57,159 bases of DNA from a virus. Lineage: Duplodnaviria > Caudoviricetes. Within the stretch, counting starts at the first letter, position 1; each line of letters begins with the position of its first letter. Positions 8,430-16,597 of this stretch are shown here, one piece after another. The notes beneath the pieces were generated by a model. It was not told the origin of the DNA and made no database searches. It saw only the letters and a program-made list of their open reading frames with translations. The stretch is taken from IMG/VR virus record IMGVR_UViG_3300005294_000044, positions 1 to 57,159 of that record. One strand, written 5' to 3'. The translations under genes and the position numbers were made by a program.

Positions 8430-8921
8430 CCGGATCAAGAGCGCTGTGATCGTGGGGCTACTGGCCCTGACCGGGATCGGAGTCGCTGCCGCTCCGGCCC
8501 ATGCCGACCAGAACGCCGGCTACGAGTACTTCGATCCACACGATCAGGACGTGCACGGGGACCAGCCCAAGTTCGGTGAGTTCGGGTACAAGGTCGCACC
8601 AGTGGGGTTCACCGCTGCACCAGCGACGATGATCTCTTGCCCGGCTGCGTACCTATGCACGTATGAGGATTACGGGTACGCCGGTCAGATGTACTACTAC
8701 ACGGGCCCGTTCAACGCCTGTATCACGGTCGGCGCCCCGTGGACCAACATGATCTCGTCGGTGATCAACAACAAGTCGATACCAGTGCGCCTGTACTACA
8801 ACATCTGTTCGTCCAACCTGTTCAATCAGAACATGGGTCCCAACAGTGACAAGTACACCTTGGGGCCGCACTGGACAACCACGTGAAGTCGATGTGGATC
8901 GGATTCACGCCACCGCACTAA
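8422..8921 (+). CDS. Secreted peptidase-inhibitor-I36 / beta-gamma-crystallin-like protein; apparent frameshift at G-run 8862-8865
   Basis: Signal peptide ending AAAPAHA; CPAAYLCTY...WTNMISSVINN. Annotated frame stops at 8886, but the -1 frame continues LDNHVKSMWIG to 8921, completing the second repeat. Confidence 0.65.
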
Positions 8922-8947
8922 GTGACAGCAACGGAAACAGGAGCAGC

Positions 8948-9466
8948 ATGATCTCACCGATAAAGCTGGGCTGGATGGCCGGGGTTATTGACCTTAAAGG
9001 CCGCCTGGTCCACAAGAAGAACCAGATGCGGGCCACCCCACAGATCGTGCTCATGGTGGAGACCAAGGAGTTCGGGGTGGTCCGGGAGCTGAGCAACCTC
9101 ACCGGCACCCGGCCCGAGGCCATGGACCGGCGTCCGGTCAAGGACTGGATGCGTAGGGGCTGCCTGGAGCACTGCCCAGAGGCCCACATCCACGTGTACG
9201 ACATGAACCGGGACGAGTCTTATATGCCACCGATCGCCCGCTGGACCATCACCGGGGGCGGGATGTACGTGGTGCTGGACAGCGTGCTGCCCTTCATCCA
9301 GATAGACCGAGGCTATCCAGAAGCCATGGACCAGGTCATGGTCAACACTCCACTGACGGGACAGGGATCCGCTGCGGTGATCAACTCCCTGCGCCGGCTG
9401 CATGGCCTGGGCTGGGAGATGCCCGAAGAGTTCAAGGAGGTTGTTGGCGATGCCGCTTCCACCTGA
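8948..9466 (+). CDS. Single-motif LAGLIDADG-like protein (degenerate)
   Basis: N-terminal GWMAGVIDLKG resembles the LAGLIDADG helix, with K at the acidic position. Confidence 0.5.
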   Translation: MISPIKLGWMAGVIDLKGRLVHKKNQMRATPQIVLMVETKEFGVVRELSNLTGTRPEAMDRRPVKDWMRRGCLEHCPEAHIHVYDMNRDESYMPPIARWTITGGGMYVVLDSVLPFIQIDRGYPEAMDQVMVNTPLTGQGSAAVINSLRRLHGLGWEMPEEFKEVVGDAAST

Positions 9467-9635
9467 CATGCCCAAGGTCATTCGGCTGCTCCGACAGATG
9501 CACCGCCAACAGGTGGAAACTGATGACCTGGGTCAACGCGAGATCGCTTGGTACTACTGGAGCGGGGATATCGAGGAAGCACTGGGGCTTGACCCTGGAG
9601 CTATTACCGGAGAGGACCCAGATGCCGCTTCCTGA
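9450..9635 (+). CDS. Hypothetical protein
   Basis: AAGGAGG RBS before ATG 9450. Confidence 0.65.
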   Translation: MPLPPDMPKVIRLLRQMHRQQVETDDLGQREIAWYYWSGDIEEALGLDPGAITGEDPDAAS

Positions 9636-9990
9636 CAAGTATGCGGATGAGCCGGTAGTGGAGTTGGACAAGGACAAGGTCACGCTCTGGCGCAACGCCC
9701 AGGATGCCGCCGATCAGTGGCAGGCCCATGCTGATGCCTTGAAGCGGGAGCTGATCGAGGTGGTCGGGGCCAACCACGCCGGCACCGTGGACGGCCAGAA
9801 GGTGATCACCTACCGGCCCATGAACAAGTGGGCTGAGGCCCAGCTGCGGGAGCAGTACCCGGATCTGGTCCGGCACTATCTGGTGGAGCGGCTGGAGTCC
9901 AGGCTGGACATCGAGGCGTTTAGGCGCCAGCATCCGGACGTGGTCGACAAGTACCAGGTGCGCCAGTTCCGGTTCGTGGAGGAGACGTAG
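9622..9990 (+). CDS. Hypothetical phage protein
   Basis: GGAGAGG RBS before ATG 9622; GC3-rich. Confidence 0.75.
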   Translation: MPLPDKYADEPVVELDKDKVTLWRNAQDAADQWQAHADALKRELIEVVGANHAGTVDGQKVITYRPMNKWAEAQLREQYPDLVRHYLVERLESRLDIEAFRRQHPDVVDKYQVRQFRFVEET

Positions 9991-10233
9991 ATGGATGACA
10001 CCGGCTTCGACTGGGAAGCGCACACCTACTCCTACATTTCCAGTGGTGGGGTGCGGAATATGGTCCGGGAGAACACGTGCTCCCGCTGCGGATACAAGGT
10101 CACCGAGACCTGGGTCTTGAACCACATTCCTGACACGTATCCGCCGCAGGGAACCTGGAGTTACTACGTCCTGGGGGACACGAACCATGATCACCCAGAT
10201 CCGGAACCGGTCGGTGCCAGGATGGCGGCATGA
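9991..10233 (+). CDS. Small Zn-ribbon-like protein
   Basis: CSRCG; abuts neighbours. Confidence 0.6.
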   Translation: MDDTGFDWEAHTYSYISSGGVRNMVRENTCSRCGYKVTETWVLNHIPDTYPPQGTWSYYVLGDTNHDHPDPEPVGARMAA

Positions 10234-10607
10234 ACCCACGAGCGATCAAAGCCAAGGGTCGTGACGCGGAGAACGCCATCGTGGACCTGTTGCGCACCTC
10301 TGGCTGGCCCCTGGCCGAACGGAGACGCCTGACCGGGACCCTGGACCGGGGTGACATCACCGGGGTCCCTGACGTGGTCCTGGAGTCCAAGTCTGGGGCC
10401 ACCATCAAGCTGGCGGAGTGGCTGCGGGAGACCGAACGGGAGCGGCTCAACGACAATGCCCTGTATGGGGCCCTGGTCATCAAGCTGCGGGGGGTGGGGG
10501 CTACCCGGGCCCACGAGTGGCCGGTCCTGATCCCCCTGGGGCAGTTCCTTGCCCTGCTTCGGGAAAGTGGACGGGGGGGACCCTTAGAACAGGAGGATCA
10601 ACCATGA
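10230..10607 (+). CDS. Holliday junction resolvase (Hjc-like PD-(D/E)XK)
   Basis: KAKGRDAE...ERRRLTG..DRGDI....VVLESK motif. Confidence 0.8.
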   Translation: MNPRAIKAKGRDAENAIVDLLRTSGWPLAERRRLTGTLDRGDITGVPDVVLESKSGATIKLAEWLRETERERLNDNALYGALVIKLRGVGATRAHEWPVLIPLGQFLALLRESGRGGPLEQEDQP

Positions 10608-10816
10608 GAGATGGGACAGCGTTAGGATATTGCCAGACGCACAGTAAGCTGATGTATCCGGACCGTAAGAGTGCCCGCAAGGCAGCTCACCGCCTGTCCG
10701 GGCATCTCAACGCCTACCGATGCACGGCCGTGCCCATGTTCTGGCACGTCGGCACCCTGAACCCCTACGTGATCCAAGGTCACGTAGACCGGTCCACCTG
10801 GTACCAGGCGGCCTGA
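10604..10816 (+). CDS. Small Cys/His Zn-binding phage protein
   Basis: C...K..Y..RKSA...AYRC....WHVG pattern; AGGAGG RBS. Confidence 0.7.
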   Translation: MRDGTALGYCQTHSKLMYPDRKSARKAAHRLSGHLNAYRCTAVPMFWHVGTLNPYVIQGHVDRSTWYQAA

Positions 10817-10992
10817 TGGACACCATGTCGCAGATCCAGCAGAAGGCCCGGGACCGGGCCGAGATGGTGCGACAGATCTACAGGCGCAAGGCCGCCCGCA
10901 AGATCTGGCGCCAGGCCAAGCAGGAGAAGTGGTCGGCCTACGACCTGGACCTGGTGCTGGGATCTTTAGGGCTTGATGATCTAACTCAATAG
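10816..10992 (+). CDS. Hypothetical protein
   Basis: TGATG coupling. Confidence 0.6.
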   Translation: MDTMSQIQQKARDRAEMVRQIYRRKAARKIWRQAKQEKWSAYDLDLVLGSLGLDDLTQ

Positions 10993-10995
10993 CTT

Positions 10996-11101
10996 GGGTA
11001 TGGGGTGTCAACGGGTCCATTCCGCACGAGATCCGACACCGCCCGAAGGCTGGTCATGACAAGGAATCCGATCCCTCTAGCCAGACCTGCGCCCCATACC
11101 C
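10996..11101. ncRNA. Candidate structured RNA 1
   Basis: 12-bp closing stem 10996-11007/11090-11101, with inner CGGGTC/GACCTG and GGCTGG/CTAGCC pairings. Confidence 0.4.
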
Positions 11102-11125
11102 TCACCCCCCTGGTACCATGGAACA

Positions 11126-11204
11126 TGAAGGACCCATGGTGCCTGGGGAGACCCCAGGACAGCCTTGAGGGGTGACTCGCATCGGCCATGAAACAGGTCC
11201 TTCA
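11126..11204 (+). ncRNA. Candidate structured RNA 2
   Basis: TGAAGGACC/GGTCCTTCA closing stem; inner CATGG/CCATG and CCTGGGG-AGA-CCCCAGG; TGG-TACCAT -10 at 11111-11119 would start transcription at the stem. Confidence 0.45.
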
Positions 11205-11296
11205 CTAGCTTGGGGGTACGCCATCAACACCAGGGCGTATCTGGTTCAAGGTTCGGCGGGGCGCCTTGCCCAGAAAGCCCCGCCTCCTAAATTCAT

Positions 11297-11368
11297 AGCG
11301 GAGTAGAGCAGCAGTAGCTCGTCTGGCTCATAACCAGAAGGTCACAGGTGCGAATCCTGTCTTCGCCA
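11297..11368 (+). tRNA. tRNA-Met (CAT), initiator-like, no encoded CCA
   Basis: Cloverleaf AGCGGAG/CTTCGCC-A, GAGC/GCTC, TCTGG-CTCATAA-CCAGA, ACAGG-TGCGAAT-CCTGT. Confidence 0.88.
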
Positions 11369-11369
11369 C

Positions 11370-11491
11370 GACGCCACCGAGTAAACCGCCAAGCTACACA
11401 GCGGTTCCGAGGCAGTCTGAGGTCGCTAAGCTCGGTAAAGGGCGGCCTCGCTTAATCTCGGAAACATTCCTTCGGGGCGCCAGTGTTTCCG
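11370..11491 (+). ncRNA. Structured tRNA trailer (candidate RNA 3) and UUCG hairpin
   Basis: ACCGAG/CTCGGT, AACCGC/GCGGTT, and CGGAAACA/TGTTTCCG enclosing CCTTCGGG. Confidence 0.35.
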
Positions 11492-11502
11492 GCCAGGGGC
11501 CG

Positions 11503-11829
11503 TTACTGGGGTGAAACCCGGTAGCGGCCCCTGTTTTCGTGTGGGGGCAGGTTCTCCCACATCGGCTCAGGTACCGAGGTGCCCCGCTTCCCGATCGACT
11601 CGTAGACCTGGGTGGCCAGCCACATGGCCCGGCGGTGACACCACCACTGGTCCCGGCCACACACCTCGAAGCTGAACGTGAGCCGGGCAAACGGGGCCCC
11701 GGTCACCTCCGGCTCGTTGTACCACCAGAACTTCTCGGCCAGGTGGCGCAGCAGGCCCAGGATTTGATCATGCTTGTCTTCGGCGTACACCCCAGGATGT
11801 TGGAAGAAGTACCGCCGATGGGTGGTCAT
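11503..11829 (-). CDS. Hypothetical protein
   Basis: ATGA-coupled to the upstream gene; last gene of the - strand block. Confidence 0.7.
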   Translation of the reverse strand: MTTHRRYFFQHPGVYAEDKHDQILGLLRHLAEKFWWYNEPEVTGAPFARLTFSFEVCGRDQWWCHRRAMWLATQVYESIGKRGTSVPEPMWENLPPHENRGRYRVSPQ

Positions 11830-12416
11830 TCCAGACCCACACCCAGGCTCATCATCGGGATCGCGGAGCGGTGCTGCTGGTGATGTCCATGGGCGTGACC
11901 GCCACCGGGGAGCACAGTGTCGAACAGGGTGTCCACGAAGTACAGGCCACCACCGAAGGAGTCTTCCGGATAGGTCAGGGCAGCCCCCACATGGAACTTG
12001 CCGTTCTCGATGGTGGCGAACGGGGCGGTCTGATCCTGGATGGCGGTCAGGTGCCCGTTGGTGACCTGCTGACCCAGGAAGAACAGCGGGGTGGCTGCGT
12101 AGTTGTCAGCTATCAGGACCGTGGTCACGTAGAGCTGCGGGTTGGGAAGGATCACCTGGGCCAGAGGGAACAGCACCTCGTTCCAGGTGTTGGCGACCAG
12201 GGGCCCGAAGTTCACCTGTTGTAGCAGGATCCCCGTGGCGTTGTCAGTGACACTGAACAGGGCCCCGGTCACCGTTCCCGAGGGCAGGGCCACCGGTGCG
12301 TACCATCTGACCCCGAAGACGAACCCGGGCACATCGCTGTAGAAGATGGTGCCCAGGCTGTACGGCCCATCGTTTCCCTGGGTCGTAGGCGTCTGCGAGG
12401 TGAAGATGGACTGCAT
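11826..12416 (-). CDS. DUF4082-like beta-sandwich protein
   Basis: SIFTSQTP...YSLGTIFYSDVPG.V.GVRWY...WNEV.F...YP......YFVD pattern; likely start MQSIF at 12416. Confidence 0.7.
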   Translation of the reverse strand: MQSIFTSQTPTTQGNDGPYSLGTIFYSDVPGFVFGVRWYAPVALPSGTVTGALFSVTDNATGILLQQVNFGPLVANTWNEVLFPLAQVILPNPQLYVTTVLIADNYAATPLFFLGQQVTNGHLTAIQDQTAPFATIENGKFHVGAALTYPEDSFGGGLYFVDTLFDTVLPGGGHAHGHHQQHRSAIPMMSLGVGLE

Positions 12417-12423
12417 AGGTGGA

Positions 12424-13026
12424 TCATGCCACCGCATCACCCTTGGTGGGCAGACCTGAAGTGTTCTGGCCATGGTGGCGCCATAACCACGTCTTGCGGA
12501 CCAGGTGACTGATCTTGGCACCAGCGGCCAGGCACTCCAAGGTGAACCGTCGATCCTCACCCGAGTTCGTGTTGTGCCCCCGGTTCAGCACCTGGAACCC
12601 CACCTGCTTGGCCAGCTCAGTCCGGACCAGGGTGGTGATGGTGGTCTCGATCGGGTTGTCCGGATCGAACGGCATCATGTAGTGGGTCAGGGGGAAGATC
12701 GGATCCTCCTCCAGGACCTGACCGTCAGCGGTCAGGACCTTAAACCACGAATAACAAAAATCTGCACCGGTCTCTTGGGCGTGCTTGGCCAGCAGCTCCA
12801 GGTGCCGGGGCAGGAACATGTCATCCGAGTCCAGGAACGCCACCCAGTCGGTCTGTACGGCGTCCAGGGCCCGCTGGCGGGTTGGGGCAGCACCTTGTCG
12901 GTCTACGTCCACAGCGACGCTGATAGCGGCCGGGGGCAGGGTCTGTAGCGCTACCGAGTTCATCGCCTGAACGAACAGGCGGTTGCGTGGGCCCAGATGC
13001 GTGGGGGTGACGACTGTGATCTTCAT
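12424..13026 (-). CDS. Glycosyltransferase family 2 (GT-A)
   Basis: ITVVTPT...SVALQT...DWVAFLDSDD...GED motifs. Confidence 0.9.
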   Translation of the reverse strand: MKITVVTPTHLGPRNRLFVQAMNSVALQTLPPAAISVAVDVDRQGAAPTRQRALDAVQTDWVAFLDSDDMFLPRHLELLAKHAQETGADFCYSWFKVLTADGQVLEEDPIFPLTHYMMPFDPDNPIETTITTLVRTELAKQVGFQVLNRGHNTNSGEDRRFTLECLAAGAKISHLVRKTWLWRHHGQNTSGLPTKGDAVA

Positions 13027-13559
13027 GGGACCATCGCCGTCACACCGGGGATAAAATCGAAGTCTGCTATGCCCGGCCTACGCGCCAGTAGGAACACCCC
13101 AGGCGCCTCGGGATCGTCTTCAAGCTCCTCAACAGTGAGCCCTACCAGTCTGGCAATCGCATACATGGCATCCACCGTGTAGCGCCAGGTGTCGATCGGA
13201 TACGGATGGTACGGGAACCCCGGGGACCGGGTGGTGACGAGCAGGTAGCCGCCCGGGATGACCAGATCCGCCAGCGCCAGCACACTGATCTTCCAGTCGA
13301 CCACATGCTCCAGCATCTCGGTGCTGATCACGAGTTCGAACTGGCCGAAACGCGACCGGGCCTGAGCTAGGTCACATACCTGATCCACGCCAGGGCCAGC
13401 CCCAATGTCAATGCCCAGGTAACTGTCTGGCCCGAGCGCCCCCACGATCGGACGCACCGATCCATTCACGTTGTATGAGCCAACCTCGATCACCCGTTGA
13501 CCACGGACATGCTCGACTGTCAGGACTTTTCTGGTCCAGGCCAGAACTGAATCATGCAT
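13023..13559 (-). CDS. Class I SAM-dependent methyltransferase
   Basis: VIEVGSYNVNG...YLGIDI..GPGVD...FELVISTEMLEHV...PGG..H.YP.D.WR. Confidence 0.88.
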   Translation of the reverse strand: MHDSVLAWTRKVLTVEHVRGQRVIEVGSYNVNGSVRPIVGALGPDSYLGIDIGAGPGVDQVCDLAQARSRFGQFELVISTEMLEHVVDWKISVLALADLVIPGGYLLVTTRSPGFPYHPYPIDTWRYTVDAMYAIARLVGLTVEELEDDPEAPGVFLLARRPGIADFDFIPGVTAMVP

Positions 13560-14761
13560 TACAGCACCACCGGATACGGGATCGGGACCAGCCATTTGGT
13601 GGACTTGTAGTGGCTCAGGTCAGACTTGCGTAGCACTGAGCCCAGGTAGTTCCAGGCCAGCAGCAGGTACAGGTCGGGGTAGCCGCGCTCCAGCTCCTGC
13701 TCGGGGGAGATGATGGGGATTCTGGTGCCGGGGGTGAACTTACCCACCTTGGCTGGGGTGGTGTCCACGACGTAGTCGATGACATCGGAGTCCAGGCCAC
13801 AGAAGTTGAGCAGGGTGGTGGACTTGGCCGTGGCCCCGAATCCGGCGATGGTGCCGTAACGGTACTGGTCGATCAGGCTGAAGAGTCGGTGGGCTACGTG
13901 CTGGACCCGACCCTGGAAAGAGCTATAGGTGTCAATGTTTCGAAGCCAGCTCTCAGTGTAGAGCTGGTGATGTCGAGCCTTGGTCCAGTCCTTACTGACA
14001 CTGACCCGGATCGACCCACCCTGTGGTTCAGTCTTTCTGATGCCCTGGATGTGCAGCCCCGCCCGCTGGAGCAGGTTGCTCAGGGAGTTGATCGAGAAGT
14101 AGAACCGGTGCTCGTGGTAGACGTGGTCGAACATGTTGCCAGCCAACAGGTCCCCCAGGTACTGGACCTCGAATACGGCCACACCATCAGGGGCCAGCAG
14201 ATCGGCCACCCCGTTGAGGAAGTCGTGCGGATCCGCAACATGGGCCAGGACGTTGTTGGCGATGATCAGACCAGCCTGACCGTGCTCCGCCCGCACGTCC
14301 TGGGCCAGGGCCCGGTTGAACGGCTGGGTGAGGATGTCCAGGCCAGAGTCCCGGGCCACCTGTGACGGTCCTCCGGCCGGGTCAATGCCCAGGGTGCGTC
14401 CTCCATGATCGGCGAAGTGACGTAGCAGGGAACCATCGTTGCTGGCGATCTCCACCGTGAGATCTTTGATCTGCCAAGGGTAGCGCTGGATCAGGTCCAG
14501 GGCATAGTCGCGGTGATAGCGCTGGATCGGGGCCAAGGTGCTGGAGTAGAACATGTAGTCCTGGTTGAACAGGACCTCATCCGGCACCACCTCGCGAAGC
14601 TGGACCAGGAAGCAGTTCTCACACACCAGCAGGCTCAGGTCGTAGGTGTCCGGGTCGTCGTCCACCTTGTCCATGAAGGCGCCGGCCAGTGGTGTGGATC
14701 CAAGCTCCAGGAAGAACCTCAGTTCCATGGACCCGCAGCTGGCACATTCTTCACGAATCAT
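13559..14761 (-). CDS. NDP-hexose C-methyltransferase (Zn-binding N-domain, SAM domain, C-methyltransferase C-domain)
   Basis: CASCG...LG.TPLA..F...L..C.NC.LVQL; EIASNDG; ANNVLAHV; FDHVYHEH; GATAKSTTLLN; GKFTPGTRIPI; LAWNY; VPIP. Confidence 0.9.
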   Translation of the reverse strand: MIREECASCGSMELRFFLELGSTPLAGAFMDKVDDDPDTYDLSLLVCENCFLVQLREVVPDEVLFNQDYMFYSSTLAPIQRYHRDYALDLIQRYPWQIKDLTVEIASNDGSLLRHFADHGGRTLGIDPAGGPSQVARDSGLDILTQPFNRALAQDVRAEHGQAGLIIANNVLAHVADPHDFLNGVADLLAPDGVAVFEVQYLGDLLAGNMFDHVYHEHRFYFSINSLSNLLQRAGLHIQGIRKTEPQGGSIRVSVSKDWTKARHHQLYTESWLRNIDTYSSFQGRVQHVAHRLFSLIDQYRYGTIAGFGATAKSTTLLNFCGLDSDVIDYVVDTTPAKVGKFTPGTRIPIISPEQELERGYPDLYLLLAWNYLGSVLRKSDLSHYKSTKWLVPIPYPVVL

Positions 14762-15714
14762 AGACAGCCTCCCATAGATGAATGTTCCGCTCGATGGTGA
14801 AGTTCAGTGCCGTCTGGTAAACCGCCTTACCCAGCTCCAGCTGAACGGCCGGGTCCATCATCTGGCGCAGTTGCCAGTGCCAGTCACTGTCCAGATCCGG
14901 GTGCACCAGCAGCCCGTTCTTGCCGTGCTCGATGAAGTCCGGGTACTGGCCGATGTTCTGCGCCACCGCCGGGATGCCTTTGGCGGCGTACTCCAGCACC
15001 TTGCAGTGCGACTTCATGTCGTTGAACGGGCTACGCAGCAGTGGCACCACCCCGAAGCTGAAGTTCATCTGGCTGTGGTAAGCCTCCATTGTGGACCAGT
15101 TGGTGAACCGGACCGGCAACTGGTAGCCAGCCAGATAGTTGGCCCCCATGGTATGGAAGGACATCTGCGAGTGCTCGCGAGCCAAAGACTCCAGCTCCCC
15201 CGGCAGCGTCAGCCAGTCCTGCTTATGGAACATGGACCCGGCCCAACCGATCACCGTGGGCGCCGGTGGGGGGCGGTAGTCCATCCACGACTGGGGCAGA
15301 CAGTTGGGTAGCACGAACAGCCGGTCCCCCAGGTGCAGTTGCCGGTCCAACATCTCGGCCAGTTTCGGGGTCGACACGCTCACCCGGTCCGCTATGAAGA
15401 TGTTGTACCAGGTGTCCTCGGTCATGGGGTTGTAGATGCTGTAGATCGCCTCGTTCTGCGGGTCCACGTGCAGCAGATCGTCGTCCAGGTCGTAGACAGC
15501 CAAGGTGTCCGGATCAGCGCACACCTTCTCCCACAGCTCGTTCTTCCCCGCGATGCGCTGTCCGATGACCACGTCATAGTCGAGGATGTCAGGACCGGGG
15601 GATCCCCAGTGGGCCCGGAACTTGTGCTTGTTCAACTGGTTCAGGGGCCAATAGAGGCGGTACAGGAAAGCATCCAGCCGTGTCTGTCTGTATTGCGAAG
15701 ATACGTTTAGTCAC
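14751..15714 (-). CDS. GT-B (GT4-like) glycosyltransferase with +1 frameshift near 15667-15669
   Basis: VYDLDDD, IGWAGS, KS..KVLEY.A.GIP motifs. The N-terminus MTKRIFAIQTDTAGCF (GTG 15714) is in another frame and aligns with paralog 17483-18541. Confidence 0.8.
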
Positions 15715-16258
15715 GACGGTCATCACGAGCCGCAGCTCGTTCCCTGCCTTGCTTCTCCAGGTACGCCATACGAGATGCCCTCATTCTGGCTCGTGTTTCG
15801 TCTGTTATTACTCGCACTCTCAGTTTTGCCTTCTGCTCCTCGGTCATCGGCTTGCCCTTGTTGGATGGAACGTTTCCCATGAGCGACTGAGAAATCTTCC
15901 TGCGCACTTCTTCAGACGGTGGTCCATTTTTTCTGCCCTTATTCCACGATGGATGCGTGTACCCGAAGTTGCCTCCACCGTTCACGTTCAGAAGATCATG
16001 ACCCCTTCGGCGTAGTTCCAGGATCCACCAGTGCTCTCGATACCGCCTCTGATCATGGCAATCTGACTCTAGGAGAGTTGCAATTACACGGTTTCCCTTA
16101 TCAGCCTCTTCCCTGATCCAGTGTGCCAAAGGGGTATTTTGCTGAAATCGGGACGCATACCACTGCGTAGCTCTTTTGGTCACGTCCTGATACTTGGTGG
16201 CACCCACGTAACGATAGGTCGAGCCATCAATAGACAGTGCATAGACGTTGTACTCCAT
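15707..16258 (-). CDS. GIY-YIG homing endonuclease with NUMOD3-like repeats
   Basis: VYAL...RYVG.T...E..WI...LLN...GG; WNKG..PSEEVRRKISQSLMG, NKGKPMTEEQKAKL; lower GC than neighbours. Confidence 0.85.
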   Translation of the reverse strand: MEYNVYALSIDGSTYRYVGATKYQDVTKRATQWYASRFQQNTPLAHWIREEADKGNRVIATLLESDCHDQRRYREHWWILELRRRGHDLLNVNGGGNFGYTHPSWNKGRKNGPPSEEVRRKISQSLMGNVPSNKGKPMTEEQKAKLRVRVITDETRARMRASRMAYLEKQGRERAAARDDRRD

Positions 16259-16315
16259 ATAGAGACGATACCAAGCGGCAGCCGGCTGTGTCGGTCTGCC
16301 AGGCGAAGATCCGCT

Positions 16316-16597
16316 TCATCGGAGCTCCCTGTAGGTGCGGTACAGCGCCATCACTCGAACCACTTCAGGGTGTTTAGCTAAGTCGAAACCAAAGTCTGGC
16401 TCCCAACCGACGACCATATGCGAGAGCACATCAGCGAGATCATTTACCAACACCTCGGCTGGCTCCAGCTCATCGATCCGCTTCAGGTACAGGTCGCATG
16501 CCTTGAGAGCAAGCCCCAGGCGTTCCTTGTCGCTGAGCCAGACGTGACCTTCAGCGATCCCGTGCCATGCTCCAGGGCTCTCGTTCAGATCTACCAT
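16316..16597 (-). CDS. Hypothetical protein
   Basis: GGAGG RBS, overlaps upstream GT stop. Confidence 0.65.
   Translation of the reverse strand: MVDLNESPGAWHGIAEGHVWLSDKERLGLALKACDLYLKRIDELEPAEVLVNDLADVLSHMVVGWEPDFGFDLAKHPEVVRVMALYRTYRELR

Noticed and set aside
1156-8865. Apparent -1 frameshifts at G4 runs (1156-1159, 6280-6283, 8862-8865) as programmed recoding or phase variation
   Set aside because: In each case one extra G restores a normal ATGA/GTGA gene overlap or completes a domain. Systematic homopolymer under-calling is the simpler explanation; reads are needed to confirm.
11047-11082. Y-RNA-like GGCTGGTC...CTAGCC stem
   Set aside because: The match is short, lacks the bulged Ro-binding helix context, and no Ro60 gene is present.
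11297-11368. tRNA as an attP/attachment site
   Set aside because: No integrase and no duplicated tRNA 3' end in the window.
15707-16258. GIY-YIG gene as part of a group I intron splitting a glycosyltransferase
   Set aside because: The downstream GT's own N-terminus starts at 15714, right at the endonuclease stop. There is no room for an intron core and no upstream exon, so it appears free-standing.
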